Shown one piece after another: positions 37,655-47,046 of a stretch of 64,000 bases of DNA. Each line of letters opens with the position of its first letter. Positions within the stretch are counted from its first letter, which is position 1. The notes below the pieces were generated by a model that was given only the letters and a program-made list of their open reading frames with translations, made no database searches and was not told the origin of the DNA. Origin of the DNA: Candidatus Nanopelagicales bacterium (GTDB taxonomy: Bacteria; Actinomycetota; Actinomycetes; S36-B12; UBA5976); the NCBI GenBank assembly GCA_030157865.1, contig JAOATY010000045.1:30584-94583 (forward strand), in the 5' to 3' direction. The translations under genes and the position numbers were made by a program.

Positions 37655-38902
37655 TCATCCCCAACAAGGTACAACGGTACGCGATGCACCAAACCAACCC
37701 ATTGGATTGTACGGCACACCATTAAGGTGAACTTCAAAGTGTAAGTGTGGCCCAGTTGAGAACCCTGTGGATCCGACGTATCCGATGACATCTTGGTTTC
37801 CAACAACCTGCCCAGGCGATACCCCAAATGCAGATTGGTGAGCGTACATGGTCACCATGCCGCCACCATGATCAATCAAAGTCATGTTTCCATATGCTCG
37901 GCTAACGGTTGTTGAAAGCACGACGCCATCAGCAGCTGCACGAATTGGTGTTCCCTTTGGTGCGCCAGTATCGACACCAGTGTGACAAGACTTGTACTTG
38001 TAAACCGGATGCACGCGCCATCCAACGCCGCCGCCAGCTGCTCTACCTGGCAATGGCCAAGAAAGTGGCCCTGTTGCTTGTGGGTCAACTGGACCTTGGT
38101 TTCCGGCTGATTTCGAAAGTGCTGCGATCCGAATCTGTTCGGCACGAAGTTCGTTGTACCGCGCCTGAACTTCGGCCTTATCGTCTTCGGCAACCTTTAG
38201 TGCAGCAGCTTCTTGCTTAACAAGTTTGTCTACTTCAGATTTGGCTGCTGCTGCTTTGTCTGCTGCATTCTGTGCATCGATAAGCGCTTGGGAAGCAACA
38301 TCTGCAATTCTTTGCATATCCAGTCGCACTGCTTCTGCGGCTGCGGCATCTGCTGCTAATTGTTCTTTGGCAGCCATCAAATCATCAAGGCTCTTGGCGG
38401 TAGAAAGTGAAACTGCCTTAATGTTTTGCAAGCGAACAGTTAAGTCAGATGGTGAAGTTGATTCAAGAATGATTTCCCATTGGGAAGTCGGACCTTGTTG
38501 GTAAACCGAACGCGCGAATTGATCAACCTTTTTTTGTAGCTGACTAATTTCTGCTTCTTTACTTGTGACCTTAGAAAGCGCGGCAGCGTATGCAGCCTTT
38601 GCAGCGGCTAAGTCGGCTGCGGCCTTGTTATAAACCGCAGTTGCTTCTGCTTCTTTAGTAGTTGCAATAGCCATAGCTTCACGAGCTGCTGGAAGTTTTG
38701 CTTGAGCATCCTTGAGTGATTCAGCTGCAGCCACTACTGCTTCGGAGGCTTCAGTTAGGGCCTCAGAAGCTTCAGCAACTTGCTTATCGATGTCTGTGTT
38801 ATTTGCAATAGCCGGAGTCATAACCAGCGAAAGTAACAAGGGAACGGCAAGTAATCCTCGGGTAAACCGCGAGGAGTTAAGACGCGTGAGGAAGGCGCGC
38901 AC
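37655..38902 (-). CDS. Secreted coiled-coil M23 (LytM) peptidase, PcsB/EnvC-like
   Basis: Signal peptide, an Ala/Glu/Lys-rich coiled coil of about 250 aa, and a C-terminal H..D...HLHFE M23 domain. Confidence 0.85.
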   Translation of the reverse strand: MRAFLTRLNSSRFTRGLLAVPLLLSLVMTPAIANNTDIDKQVAEASEALTEASEAVVAAAESLKDAQAKLPAAREAMAIATTKEAEATAVYNKAAADLAAAKAAYAAALSKVTSKEAEISQLQKKVDQFARSVYQQGPTSQWEIILESTSPSDLTVRLQNIKAVSLSTAKSLDDLMAAKEQLAADAAAAEAVRLDMQRIADVASQALIDAQNAADKAAAAKSEVDKLVKQEAAALKVAEDDKAEVQARYNELRAEQIRIAALSKSAGNQGPVDPQATGPLSWPLPGRAAGGGVGWRVHPVYKYKSCHTGVDTGAPKGTPIRAAADGVVLSTTVSRAYGNMTLIDHGGGMVTMYAHQSAFGVSPGQVVGNQDVIGYVGSTGFSTGPHLHFEVHLNGVPYNPMGWFGASRTVVPCWG

Positions 38903-39009
38903 AGTGCTCCGTTCAAAGGGGAAGTTCCTTTAAGGGTAACGGAAGTGCCCAAAGTTACTGATGTGACTCGACCCGTGTCGGGCCAATTTTTGTCCAAATT
39001 GCAGGGAAT

Positions 39010-39912
39010 TTAACCCTTTAGGTAGCGCCTTAGCGTGACTGAGGCGGCCAGAACCGTAGTTCCTACCCCAACTAGGTAAAGCACCGGAACGATCGCCAAA
39101 ACCTCTGACCAGGTCACGAATGGGATAAATGTCAGGTTTGGCGCCAATTTTCCGTCAATTAGCCAATACTTTGAAGCCAAGATTCCAGCAGTAGCCAAAG
39201 TAGAGCCGATTACCGCGGCTACTGCAGCTTCCAAAATGAACGGCAAGCGAATCGACATGTTGCTGGCACCGACCGATCGCATGATCGAGGTCTCTCGACG
39301 TCTAGCAAATGCTGCAACTCGCACCGTATTCATAACCAGCAATACGGTCACAAACAGCATCGCAAGTGCAATTGCCAATGCAAAGGACTGCAGGCCCTTA
39401 AGAATCTGGAAGAAGCGATCAAGTAATTGACGTTGATCTTGAATCGATTCAACACCTTGCACTGATTGCAAAGCGCCGGCTACTTTTTCAAAGTTTTCTG
39501 GGTTATCTAGCTTTACGCGGAAAGATTCTGGCAAGGCATCTGGACTAATGTTCGCCAAAATTGCCGAACCAGCAAATTGCTCTTTGAATTGTTCGTAAGC
39601 ATCAGCCGAGGATTCATAGAAAACATCTTGAACAGATTCCAGTGTTCCTAGAACTGTTTCAATGTTCTTGCGCTGTTCGTCAGTTACAGCGCCGGTGCAG
39701 GTAAACGCAACAGAAGTATTTCCACACAAGAAAATGGAAACTTCAATCTTGTCGTACCAGTAGCCCTTCATGCGGTCTACTTGCGCACTCATTAGTAATG
39801 CAGCACCCACCAACGAAAGTGAGACTGCAACTGAAACGATTAATGCAACAGTCATCGTGAAGTTGCGACGTAAGCCGTTGCCAACCTCTTTACTTACAAA
39901 TGAGAATCTCAT
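39010..39912 (-). CDS. ftsX: Cell-division ABC transporter permease FtsX
   Basis: 300 aa with one TM, a large extracytoplasmic loop and three further TM helices. Follows ftsE. Confidence 0.9.
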   Translation of the reverse strand: MRFSFVSKEVGNGLRRNFTMTVALIVSVAVSLSLVGAALLMSAQVDRMKGYWYDKIEVSIFLCGNTSVAFTCTGAVTDEQRKNIETVLGTLESVQDVFYESSADAYEQFKEQFAGSAILANISPDALPESFRVKLDNPENFEKVAGALQSVQGVESIQDQRQLLDRFFQILKGLQSFALAIALAMLFVTVLLVMNTVRVAAFARRRETSIMRSVGASNMSIRLPFILEAAVAAVIGSTLATAGILASKYWLIDGKLAPNLTFIPFVTWSEVLAIVPVLYLVGVGTTVLAASVTLRRYLKG

Positions 39913-39914
39913 GT

Positions 39915-40607
39915 TTACTGCCCCGTGTGCCCATACATGCCGCGCTCTTGATCGCGAATAATCTTGCCGTTTTCCATTTGCACAATACGTTTCCGCATCT
40001 GATCCACAATCGCTACATCGTGCGTTGCCATAACAATTGTGGTGCCCGTGCGATTAATTCGATCTAGCAGCTTCATGATGCCAACACTGGTTGAAGGATC
40101 TAAGTTTCCAGTTGGTTCATCAGCTAAAAGAAGCTTCGGTTGGTTTACAAATGCTCTGGCAAGTGCCACTCGCTGTTGTTCACCACCGGATAACTCTGAA
40201 GGCAGGCGATGTGCTTTTTCTTCTAAGCCTACGAGTTCAAGTAGTGCAGGAATTCGTTGTTCAATCTCTTTCTTAGACTTACCAATAACTTCCATACCGA
40301 AGGCCACGTTGTCGAAAACGGTTTTTCCTGGAAGTAGCCGAAAGTCTTGGAAAACAATTCCCATGGTGCGACGAAATGCTGGGACTTTACGATTCGGCAG
40401 CTTCGCAACGTTTATGCCGTCAACTGTGACGGTTCCGGAGGTCGGCTTTTCTTCCTTTAACAACAGGCGCAGTAACGATGATTTTCCGGAACCAGATTGG
40501 CCAACAAGGAATACGAAGTCCCCTTGCTCAATATTTAAATTGATTCCATCAAGAGCTGGAGTGTTTGAGTTCTTGTAATGCTTGGAGACGTTATCAAAGT
40601 TGATCAC
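39915..40607 (-). CDS. ftsE: Cell-division ATP-binding protein FtsE
   Basis: [17 protein letters not shown] and [11 protein letters not shown] motifs. Confidence 0.95.
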   Translation of the reverse strand: MINFDNVSKHYKNSNTPALDGINLNIEQGDFVFLVGQSGSGKSSLLRLLLKEEKPTSGTVTVDGINVAKLPNRKVPAFRRTMGIVFQDFRLLPGKTVFDNVAFGMEVIGKSKKEIEQRIPALLELVGLEEKAHRLPSELSGGEQQRVALARAFVNQPKLLLADEPTGNLDPSTSVGIMKLLDRINRTGTTIVMATHDVAIVDQMRKRIVQMENGKIIRDQERGMYGHTGQ

Positions 40608-40735
40608 AATGAACTCTCCTTAAATTGGGCACACAAATATTTCTAAGAAATCGTATGTATTTAGCCTAAATACTGGGCAGGCTGAGCAGGCGCAGGGCGC
40701 GCCGACCTTAACTAAGTCTGTACAAACGAATCTAG

Positions 40736-41842
40736 CTAGCTTGCTTGTTCGCGACGCCAGCGAATTCCCGCCTCGACAAATTGGTCGATATCGCCATCGA
40801 GGACGGCGGAGGTATTTCCGGTTTCAAATTCGGTTCTAATATCCTTGACCATTTGGTACGGATGCAACACATACGAACGCATTTGATTTCCCCAAGAGCC
40901 GCTAGTGTCACCCTTCAGAGCATTGATCTTTGCTTGTTCTTCCTGGCGAGTACGTTCCAAGATCTTCGCTTGCAGAACCGCCATTGCAGTGGCCTTATTT
41001 TGTAATTGCGAGCGTTCGTTTTGGCACGACACAACAATTCCGGTTGGGATGTGAGTCAGGCGAACAGCAGAGTCAGTTGTGTTAACACCCTGGCCACCAG
41101 GACCAGATGATCGGTATACATCAACGCGTAAATCATCATCAGGAATTTCTACTGAATCAGTTTGTTCCACCACTGGAATAACTTCCACTTCCGCAAATGA
41201 AGTTTGGCGACGACTTTGATTATCAAACGGCGAGATTCGAACGAGTCGATGTGTGCCTTGTTCAACCGACAGTGTGCCATATGCAAACGGTGCTTTAACT
41301 GCAAAAGTTGTGGACTTGATTCCAGCTTCTTCGGCATACGAAGTTTCATAAACCTCAGTCGCCCATCCGTGACGTTCGCAGTATCGCAAATACATGCGCT
41401 GCAGCATTTCTGCCCAGTCCGCGGCATCAACGCCGCCAGCTCCGGATCGAATCGAAACTAGAGCTTCTCTATGGTCATACTCACCAGATAGCAAAGTTCG
41501 AACTTCAAGTTCACCGATTGATTTCTCAAGGGCAACTAATTCAGCAGCGGCCTCTTCAAGAATCCCTTGATCGCCTTCGGCCTCGCCCATTTCCCACAAA
41601 ACTTGAACATCATCTACGCGCGAGCGCAGATTCTTGATTCGACCAATGTCGGCCTGAAGTACTGAAAGCTTGCCAGTGACACGTTGGGCATTGGCTTGGT
41701 CATCCCAGAGATCTGGCGCCGAAGCTAGGATTTCAAGCTCGGCTACTTGTGCCTGCATGTCATCAATTCGAAGCACTTTTTCAATGCTGGAAAGCGTGGA
41801 GTTGATTGCCGCAATATCAACAGCGAAGTCTCCGGTAGCCAT
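40736..41842 (-). CDS. prfB: Peptide chain release factor 2 (uninterrupted, no programmed frameshift)
   Basis: SPF tripeptide (RISPFD) and GGQ (SGPGGQGVN). The single ORF covers the N-terminus. Confidence 0.95.
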   Translation of the reverse strand: MATGDFAVDIAAINSTLSSIEKVLRIDDMQAQVAELEILASAPDLWDDQANAQRVTGKLSVLQADIGRIKNLRSRVDDVQVLWEMGEAEGDQGILEEAAAELVALEKSIGELEVRTLLSGEYDHREALVSIRSGAGGVDAADWAEMLQRMYLRYCERHGWATEVYETSYAEEAGIKSTTFAVKAPFAYGTLSVEQGTHRLVRISPFDNQSRRQTSFAEVEVIPVVEQTDSVEIPDDDLRVDVYRSSGPGGQGVNTTDSAVRLTHIPTGIVVSCQNERSQLQNKATAMAVLQAKILERTRQEEQAKINALKGDTSGSWGNQMRSYVLHPYQMVKDIRTEFETGNTSAVLDGDIDQFVEAGIRWRREQAS

Positions 41843-41864
41843 AGTTCATAAGGTTACCTTGAAG

Positions 41865-42308
41865 TCACCTAACTTTATTAATTGCCTTCGCTGCACTGAC
41901 AACTACTGGAGTTGATACGGGCATTAGGTAACCAAAAGCAGTCATCGGACTCGCCTGAACAGTTACGGTAACAGCCGTTCCCGAGACCCTTACCGACCTC
42001 ACGGAAAACTGTTGAACTTGCGAACGAACATTAGCCGCATCTACATACTGATTTACTTTGGCTCTGGCCAAGCTTTCACTTAAACGTAAATTTGCATCTA
42101 ATCCATCTCGATAAATTGCATCGACGTTCACTGCTTGGGCGGCAGATAGTGCCGCCCCGTCCGCAATGCCATCTAAAACATTTCGAGTTACCCAGAGCGA
42201 GGCCACATTAATTGATACCGTGGCGATCATTAATCCCGCCACTGACAGACCAATCCCAAATAAAAGAATTGAGCCTTCATCGCGGCCAAATAATCTTTTT
42301 AGTCTCAT
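41865..42308 (-). CDS. TadE/TadG-like pseudopilin
   Basis: 147 aa with an N-terminal hydrophobic helix (ILLFGIGLSVAGLMIATV). Last gene of the Tad cluster. Confidence 0.6.
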   Translation of the reverse strand: MRLKRLFGRDEGSILLFGIGLSVAGLMIATVSINVASLWVTRNVLDGIADGAALSAAQAVNVDAIYRDGLDANLRLSESLARAKVNQYVDAANVRSQVQQFSVRSVRVSGTAVTVTVQASPMTAFGYLMPVSTPVVVSAAKAINKVR

Positions 42309-42727
42309 TGGGTGCGCAATTCATCAACAACAGAGGTGTGGTGGGAAGTAACGGTTACACTGCGTGTGCCAAGTGCCCTCGGCAAATTTAGCTTCACTTC
42401 TTTACTTACCCTTACCGTCACAAAGCCTCCCGGAGATAAACAAGGACTCCGCGTGCAAGAAATCTTGGTTGACACTCCACTGTTCTCGCGATCAAAGTCA
42501 TTCGCGGTTAATCCCACAGCAGAGTTTGCGGCTCGGGTGCCATTAGCATCACTGCTGGAAACTACATATGCGCGAGCCGCGGAACGAGCTGCAACATCTG
42601 TAGATAAGTAGGCATTTGCCACCATGATGCTTGAATTCGCAATAATCGATAACGGAACTAGAAGTGCAACAGTTACTCCAATGAATTCCACAATTACATT
42701 TCCTGAATCGGATTTGATGAGATTCAT
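42305..42727 (-). CDS. TadE-like protein
   Basis: N-terminus G..IVEFIGVTVALLVPL is typical of TadE. Confidence 0.65.
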   Translation of the reverse strand: MNLIKSDSGNVIVEFIGVTVALLVPLSIIANSSIMVANAYLSTDVAARSAARAYVVSSSDANGTRAANSAVGLTANDFDRENSGVSTKISCTRSPCLSPGGFVTVRVSKEVKLNLPRALGTRSVTVTSHHTSVVDELRTQ

Positions 42728-43131
42728 AATGAGGCCTCGTCGATTGCGCGTGCTTTCCCAGTTATCGAAATTTCACGATTCAAAAATGGAATCGTTACTT
42801 TTCTTGTCACTGTGACAGAAATGTAAGTAAGGCCCTGATTTCTTGCTTGAGAAATAGTTATAACCTCAGCACCGAACCCGGAACCTCTACTTGTCAATAC
42901 ATTCATCGCCGCTCTTCTACCGTCAGTATTTGTAGCATCTGCCGCGCTCGCGGTTCGCGCACCAATTACTGCAGCAGAGTTCAGAACGCTTTTATCTGCA
43001 ACCAACATGGCAATTTGACCGATAGCGATGAAAACCGCAACTACTAATGGTGCAACTAAAACGAATCCGACAATGCCTGATCCGGTATCAGACGCTAACT
43101 CATTACGGCTGCGAAACACTTCGAAGTGCAC
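42724..43131 (-). CDS. TadE-like protein
   Basis: N-terminus GSGIVGFVLVAPLVVAV. Confidence 0.65.
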   Translation of the reverse strand: MHFEVFRSRNELASDTGSGIVGFVLVAPLVVAVFIAIGQIAMLVADKSVLNSAAVIGARTASAADATNTDGRRAAMNVLTSRGSGFGAEVITISQARNQGLTYISVTVTRKVTIPFLNREISITGKARAIDEASL

Positions 43132-43321
43132 TTGTTAAAACGGATTTGAGTTGCCCATCAGCTACTGACCAAACAGCAACCACAAGCCCCGCTGTCATCA
43201 CGGTGACAAGTACCCAACCTGGAACATCCCCTCGATCATCACGAGACTTTTCAAAGACCCGTCCTGCTGCTACTTGAATAGCAACAGAAATCTTTGAAGT
43301 TACTCCACTAACTGCATTCAT
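43103..43321 (-). CDS. DUF4244-like small protein, putative Flp-type pilin (non-canonical)
   Basis: 72 aa in the position of flp, directly downstream of tadC. Has DRG followed by a hydrophobic helix but lacks the G/xxxxEY processing motif. Confidence 0.5.
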   Translation of the reverse strand: MNAVSGVTSKISVAIQVAAGRVFEKSRDDRGDVPGWVLVTVMTAGLVVAVWSVADGQLKSVLTSALRSVSQP

Positions 43322-43362
43322 TTTGTTTTTCCTTTTCTCTATTCGAGCTATTGCTCGCAGAC

Positions 43363-44250
43363 CTATAGAACTTGCAGTGCGATCATCCCTGGATAAAGCG
43401 CGACGGCAACAATCATTGGCAGGATTAGAAATACAACAGGAAGCATCATTGACGTTTCCTTATGGCCAGCCAAAATCATCAGCATTCGAACCTGATGTGC
43501 TCGGGCATCAGCTGCTTGCGCACGCAAAACCTGTACTAGTGGCGTGCCACGCTCAAGAGCCAACTCCAAAGAATGCGTTGCTCTGGTGAGTGGTTGGGAT
43601 TCAATTTGATTACTCATTTGATTCAAAGCCGTTACCAGCCCATCCCCAGAATTAACAGAGTTCACCACTTTCCCAAGTTCAGTTATTAGGGGACCCGTGC
43701 AAGATTTCGATATTCTTCTAAGAGCCAGCAGCACTGGCTCTCCTGCAGAAACAGCAAAGGCCAATAGGTCTAGCACTGCCGGAAGCTGCTCTTCAATGCT
43801 TAGGCGACGTTTATTAGCCTGACTAGCAAGACTCCACTTGGCATACCAACCTCCACCTATGAACGCAGCTGCAATCAAAGAAATCGCAAGAACAAGTGAA
43901 AGACCTTTACCTGAGCTAACTCGAAGTAGCGTCCAAGTAATTGAAAGAAGCATCGAATAGCCTGCATAGACAAGTTGCTTCCGTCGAAAACCAGTAAGGG
44001 TAAATTCACTTTCGGATTGCCTTAGCCACTTTGCTATATCTTGATTTTTACTCCAAGGTGACCAGCTGCGAGTAGTAAGAAGTTCGTTGATTGTCACTAA
44101 AGTTCGTTGTGTCAGATTCTGTGACTTGACTGAGCCCATTCCAACATAAGGCGAGATTTGATCTGCCATGCTCAATCTCGGTTTTCGCAAAACGTTTACC
44201 AACAGGACAGTTCCCGCTGCAAAGAGTGCTCCAAGCATTAATCCGGTCAT
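43363..44250 (-). CDS. Type II secretion F-family membrane protein TadC
   Basis: 295-aa polytopic protein in conserved Tad order. Confidence 0.75.
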   Translation of the reverse strand: MTGLMLGALFAAGTVLLVNVLRKPRLSMADQISPYVGMGSVKSQNLTQRTLVTINELLTTRSWSPWSKNQDIAKWLRQSESEFTLTGFRRKQLVYAGYSMLLSITWTLLRVSSGKGLSLVLAISLIAAAFIGGGWYAKWSLASQANKRRLSIEEQLPAVLDLLAFAVSAGEPVLLALRRISKSCTGPLITELGKVVNSVNSGDGLVTALNQMSNQIESQPLTRATHSLELALERGTPLVQVLRAQAADARAHQVRMLMILAGHKETSMMLPVVFLILPMIVAVALYPGMIALQVL

Positions 44251-44924
44251 GCCAAGAGTCTTTTCTCTGCCGGAAGCTCAGCAATCTTCATCATGGCGGC
44301 ATAAGCCAACACTGAAACTACTGCGCAGATTGCCAACATTCGAATACCACTCGTTGACAGATAAACATTTGCAGCACTATCTCGAGTTGAAAGTACTAAG
44401 GCGGTAACCCATGGCGCTGCTACCGCAAGTTTTGCCCCGTTGACCGTCCAACTCTGCCGCGCAACAATTTCACCGCGTAGTACTAACTCTTCGCGCATAA
44501 CCTCTGACAAAGTACGAAGCAAAACTCCAAGATCAGCACCACCAACTTCATGTGCAATTTGAATAGAGGCTACGAATTTATCTGCCTGTGGATCTTGTAA
44601 GTTTTGTGAAATCAGATTTAAACCAGCAGTAAAGTCGCCAGTCGCTTGGTATTGATCGCGACAAATCTGAAAAGCTAGCCGAAGGACTTCAGGACCAGAG
44701 CTGCAAAGCTCAATTACTGCTTGCGGAAGAGACAATCCCGCCCGAATTGCCGAAGCCAAATCATCGACTACATCTGGCCAAACGTCAGACGGGATCTTCT
44801 TTTGCTTAACAAGTGGTTTTGAAGATTTAGTAACTTTAAACATTCTCAACTTCATTGGTTCACGAATCGCTCCCCAAATGAAAATCATTCCAATTGCACA
44901 AAGAACTCCAATGATTAGACCCAT
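44247..44924 (-). CDS. Type II secretion F-family membrane protein TadB
   Basis: 225 aa. Overlaps both tadA and tadC ends. Confidence 0.75.
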   Translation of the reverse strand: MGLIIGVLCAIGMIFIWGAIREPMKLRMFKVTKSSKPLVKQKKIPSDVWPDVVDDLASAIRAGLSLPQAVIELCSSGPEVLRLAFQICRDQYQATGDFTAGLNLISQNLQDPQADKFVASIQIAHEVGGADLGVLLRTLSEVMREELVLRGEIVARQSWTVNGAKLAVAAPWVTALVLSTRDSAANVYLSTSGIRMLAICAVVSVLAYAAMMKIAELPAEKRLLA

Positions 44925-46144
44925 TGTGAAGCACCCACCAGAGTTGATAAATCAATATTGCTGGCCTGGAATCGTTCTAGTTTTCCTGGATAGATGCCTT
45001 GCGGTTCGAGTCGCTCATTTTGAAAACTAAAGATGTCTCCTGTTTCGATATGGTTACCCTCCACTCGCCCAGTCACTGAAGTAATTTGCTGGACCCTACG
45101 CGTTCCATCTGGCCGTAATGCAGTGTGGACAACAATGTCTACAACCGATGCAACTGTCGGCACTACGAACTCTGCCGAAACATTGCTGCCAGCGAGCATT
45201 GGAAGCAGACACATTTTTGAAATCGCTTCCCGTGCACCATTGGCATGTAGCGAGCACATGCTTGGCATACCTGCATTCATCGCAACTAGTAGATCTAATG
45301 CTTCTTCTTGTCGAACTTCTCCAACAACTAATCGAGATGGTCGCATGCGCAAAGCTTCCTTAATTAACCGGCGCAAGGGAATTTCGCCGGTTCCTTCCAA
45401 GCTCGATTGCCGCGTCTGGAGTGCTACCCAGTCCGGGCTAGTCAATTGCAATTCAAAGACTTCTTCACAAGTAATGACTCGTTCACTTGATGGCGCACTA
45501 TTCAGTAGGGCATTCATCAAAGTTGTTTTACCGGCCTGAGTTGCACCAGCTACGACTATGTTCAATCCCGCGGTGACACAGGCTTGGAGAAATGCAGCTG
45601 CTTGATCAGTTAAGGTTCCCGTCGACACCAAACCGTCAAGGGATTTGGATCCCATAATGAATTTTCGAATATTGACTGACCAATGCTTGCGAGTGATATC
45701 GGGAATTGCTACATGCAATCTGGATCCATCTGGCAATGTTGCATCAACAAACGGGTTCGAAAGATCAACTCGTCGACCAGATGAAGCCAGCATCCTTTCA
45801 ACCAGACCGCGCACTTCTGCGTCACTAAGAATGACACTTGTAAGTTCACTCTTGCCATTTCTTGCTACAAATATTCGGCCAGGTTCATTGATCCAAATCT
45901 CTTCAATGCTTGGATCATCTAGAAGAGGTTGGAGCAATCCAAATCCAGAAATTTGATTCGTAATTTGGTCAACTAAATCTTGAGGAGACTCAATATCAGA
46001 TGCAGCGCTTGGCGCATCCTTTGATTGCGCCAAAATGTCTTCAACCATGTGACGTAATTCGATTTCTTCCTCGTGCGGGCTGATCCCCCCAGTCCGAACC
46101 CGCATTCGAACTTCCTGAATTACTTCGCCTACTGCACCTGACAT
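44915..46144 (-). CDS. Tad/Flp pilus secretion ATPase (TadA/CpaF family)
   Basis: Walker A GATQAGKTT, Asp/His boxes, 409 aa. Confidence 0.9.
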   Translation of the reverse strand: MSGAVGEVIQEVRMRVRTGGISPHEEEIELRHMVEDILAQSKDAPSAASDIESPQDLVDQITNQISGFGLLQPLLDDPSIEEIWINEPGRIFVARNGKSELTSVILSDAEVRGLVERMLASSGRRVDLSNPFVDATLPDGSRLHVAIPDITRKHWSVNIRKFIMGSKSLDGLVSTGTLTDQAAAFLQACVTAGLNIVVAGATQAGKTTLMNALLNSAPSSERVITCEEVFELQLTSPDWVALQTRQSSLEGTGEIPLRRLIKEALRMRPSRLVVGEVRQEEALDLLVAMNAGMPSMCSLHANGAREAISKMCLLPMLAGSNVSAEFVVPTVASVVDIVVHTALRPDGTRRVQQITSVTGRVEGNHIETGDIFSFQNERLEPQGIYPGKLERFQASNIDLSTLVGASQWV

Positions 46145-46259
46145 GAGCTCCCCCGTTGCTAAGACTTGGTATGAATCAAGTCGTTGCTTTCACTCGGGCC
46201 AAGCCGAGTTATTGAAGAGTAAGTGGAAATTAACTGCTAGCAAATAGGGTTTTTGATTC

Positions 46260-46319
46260 TGTGGATAACAGAGCTACGAGGGACTTAAAGTTCACAAAGG
46301 TGACGACGATTTATCCACA
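46260..46319. promoter_or_regulatory. Two perfect inverted TTATCCACA sites (DnaA-box consensus) upstream of the Tad operon
   Basis: TGTGGATAA at 46260-46268 and TTATCCACA at 46311-46319, 42 nt apart, in the 212-nt spacer between tadA and dedA. Confidence 0.4.
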
Positions 46320-46356
46320 AGAACAGAATTGCTCTTGCGTTGATTTCGATCGGAAA

Positions 46357-46995
46357 CTATACGGTCTTTTTGTTATTCAACCAGCTGCGAATACCAGCAA
46401 CGATTGAGCCAACGATGAAGAAGGTGGCGATTGCGTATGAGCCAGTCTTCACTGCTGGGATGGTTGCTGCGTAATAGCCGGCCAGCGTTAATCCAACACC
46501 CCAAGCAATTGCGCCAACAAAGTTTGCACTCAAGAACTTGTAGTAATTCATGCGTGCGATACCGGCAATGGCTGGAATCAAAACACGAGCCCACGGCATA
46601 AAGCGAGCAACAACAACTGCCCACCAACCAAGTTCGGCATAAAACTTTTCAGATTTAGCAATCGCAGACTTTAGTTTTGGCCCTTGATGCTTATCCAAAT
46701 ATGGGCGACCAAAATGTCGTCCTAATACGAAACCGGTTTGATCGCCAATAAAGGCAGCAAGCCCAATTCCAATAGTCAAAACCCAGATGTTTACTGAATC
46801 ACTCGTTGCTGCAAGAAGACCTGCAGCAAAAATAAGTGAGTCACCTGTAATAAATGGAATGAAGGCGCCAACCAGTAATCCGGTTCCGGCAAATACCAAT
46901 CCCCACACAATTAGGTAGAAAAGGATTGAACCGTAGTTATCGAGCCACTCGGTGACCTGCGCAGTTAAAGCTGCAGATAAAAGTACGGTTTCCAT
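46357..46995 (-). CDS. DedA/VTT-domain membrane protein
   Basis: 212 aa. F.PGDSL-like FITGDSLIFAAG motif. Confidence 0.85.
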   Translation of the reverse strand: METVLLSAALTAQVTEWLDNYGSILFYLIVWGLVFAGTGLLVGAFIPFITGDSLIFAAGLLAATSDSVNIWVLTIGIGLAAFIGDQTGFVLGRHFGRPYLDKHQGPKLKSAIAKSEKFYAELGWWAVVVARFMPWARVLIPAIAGIARMNYYKFLSANFVGAIAWGVGLTLAGYYAATIPAVKTGSYAIATFFIVGSIVAGIRSWLNNKKTV

Positions 46996-47046
46996 ACCTA
47001 AACCCTACTTTGAGCCTTAGTAAGGTACGAACGCAGAGCGAGTGAT

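Noticed and set aside
38903-39009. c-di-AMP (ydaO-type) riboswitch upstream of the M23 cell-wall hydrolase
   Set aside because: The spacer is only 107 nt, and I could not find the conserved ydaO core segments on the minus strand.
40736-41842. Programmed +1 frameshift in prfB
   Set aside because: The single ORF already includes the N-terminal ~45 residues that precede and span the usual frameshift site, and there is no in-frame UGA. This is the frameshift-less type found in many Actinobacteria.
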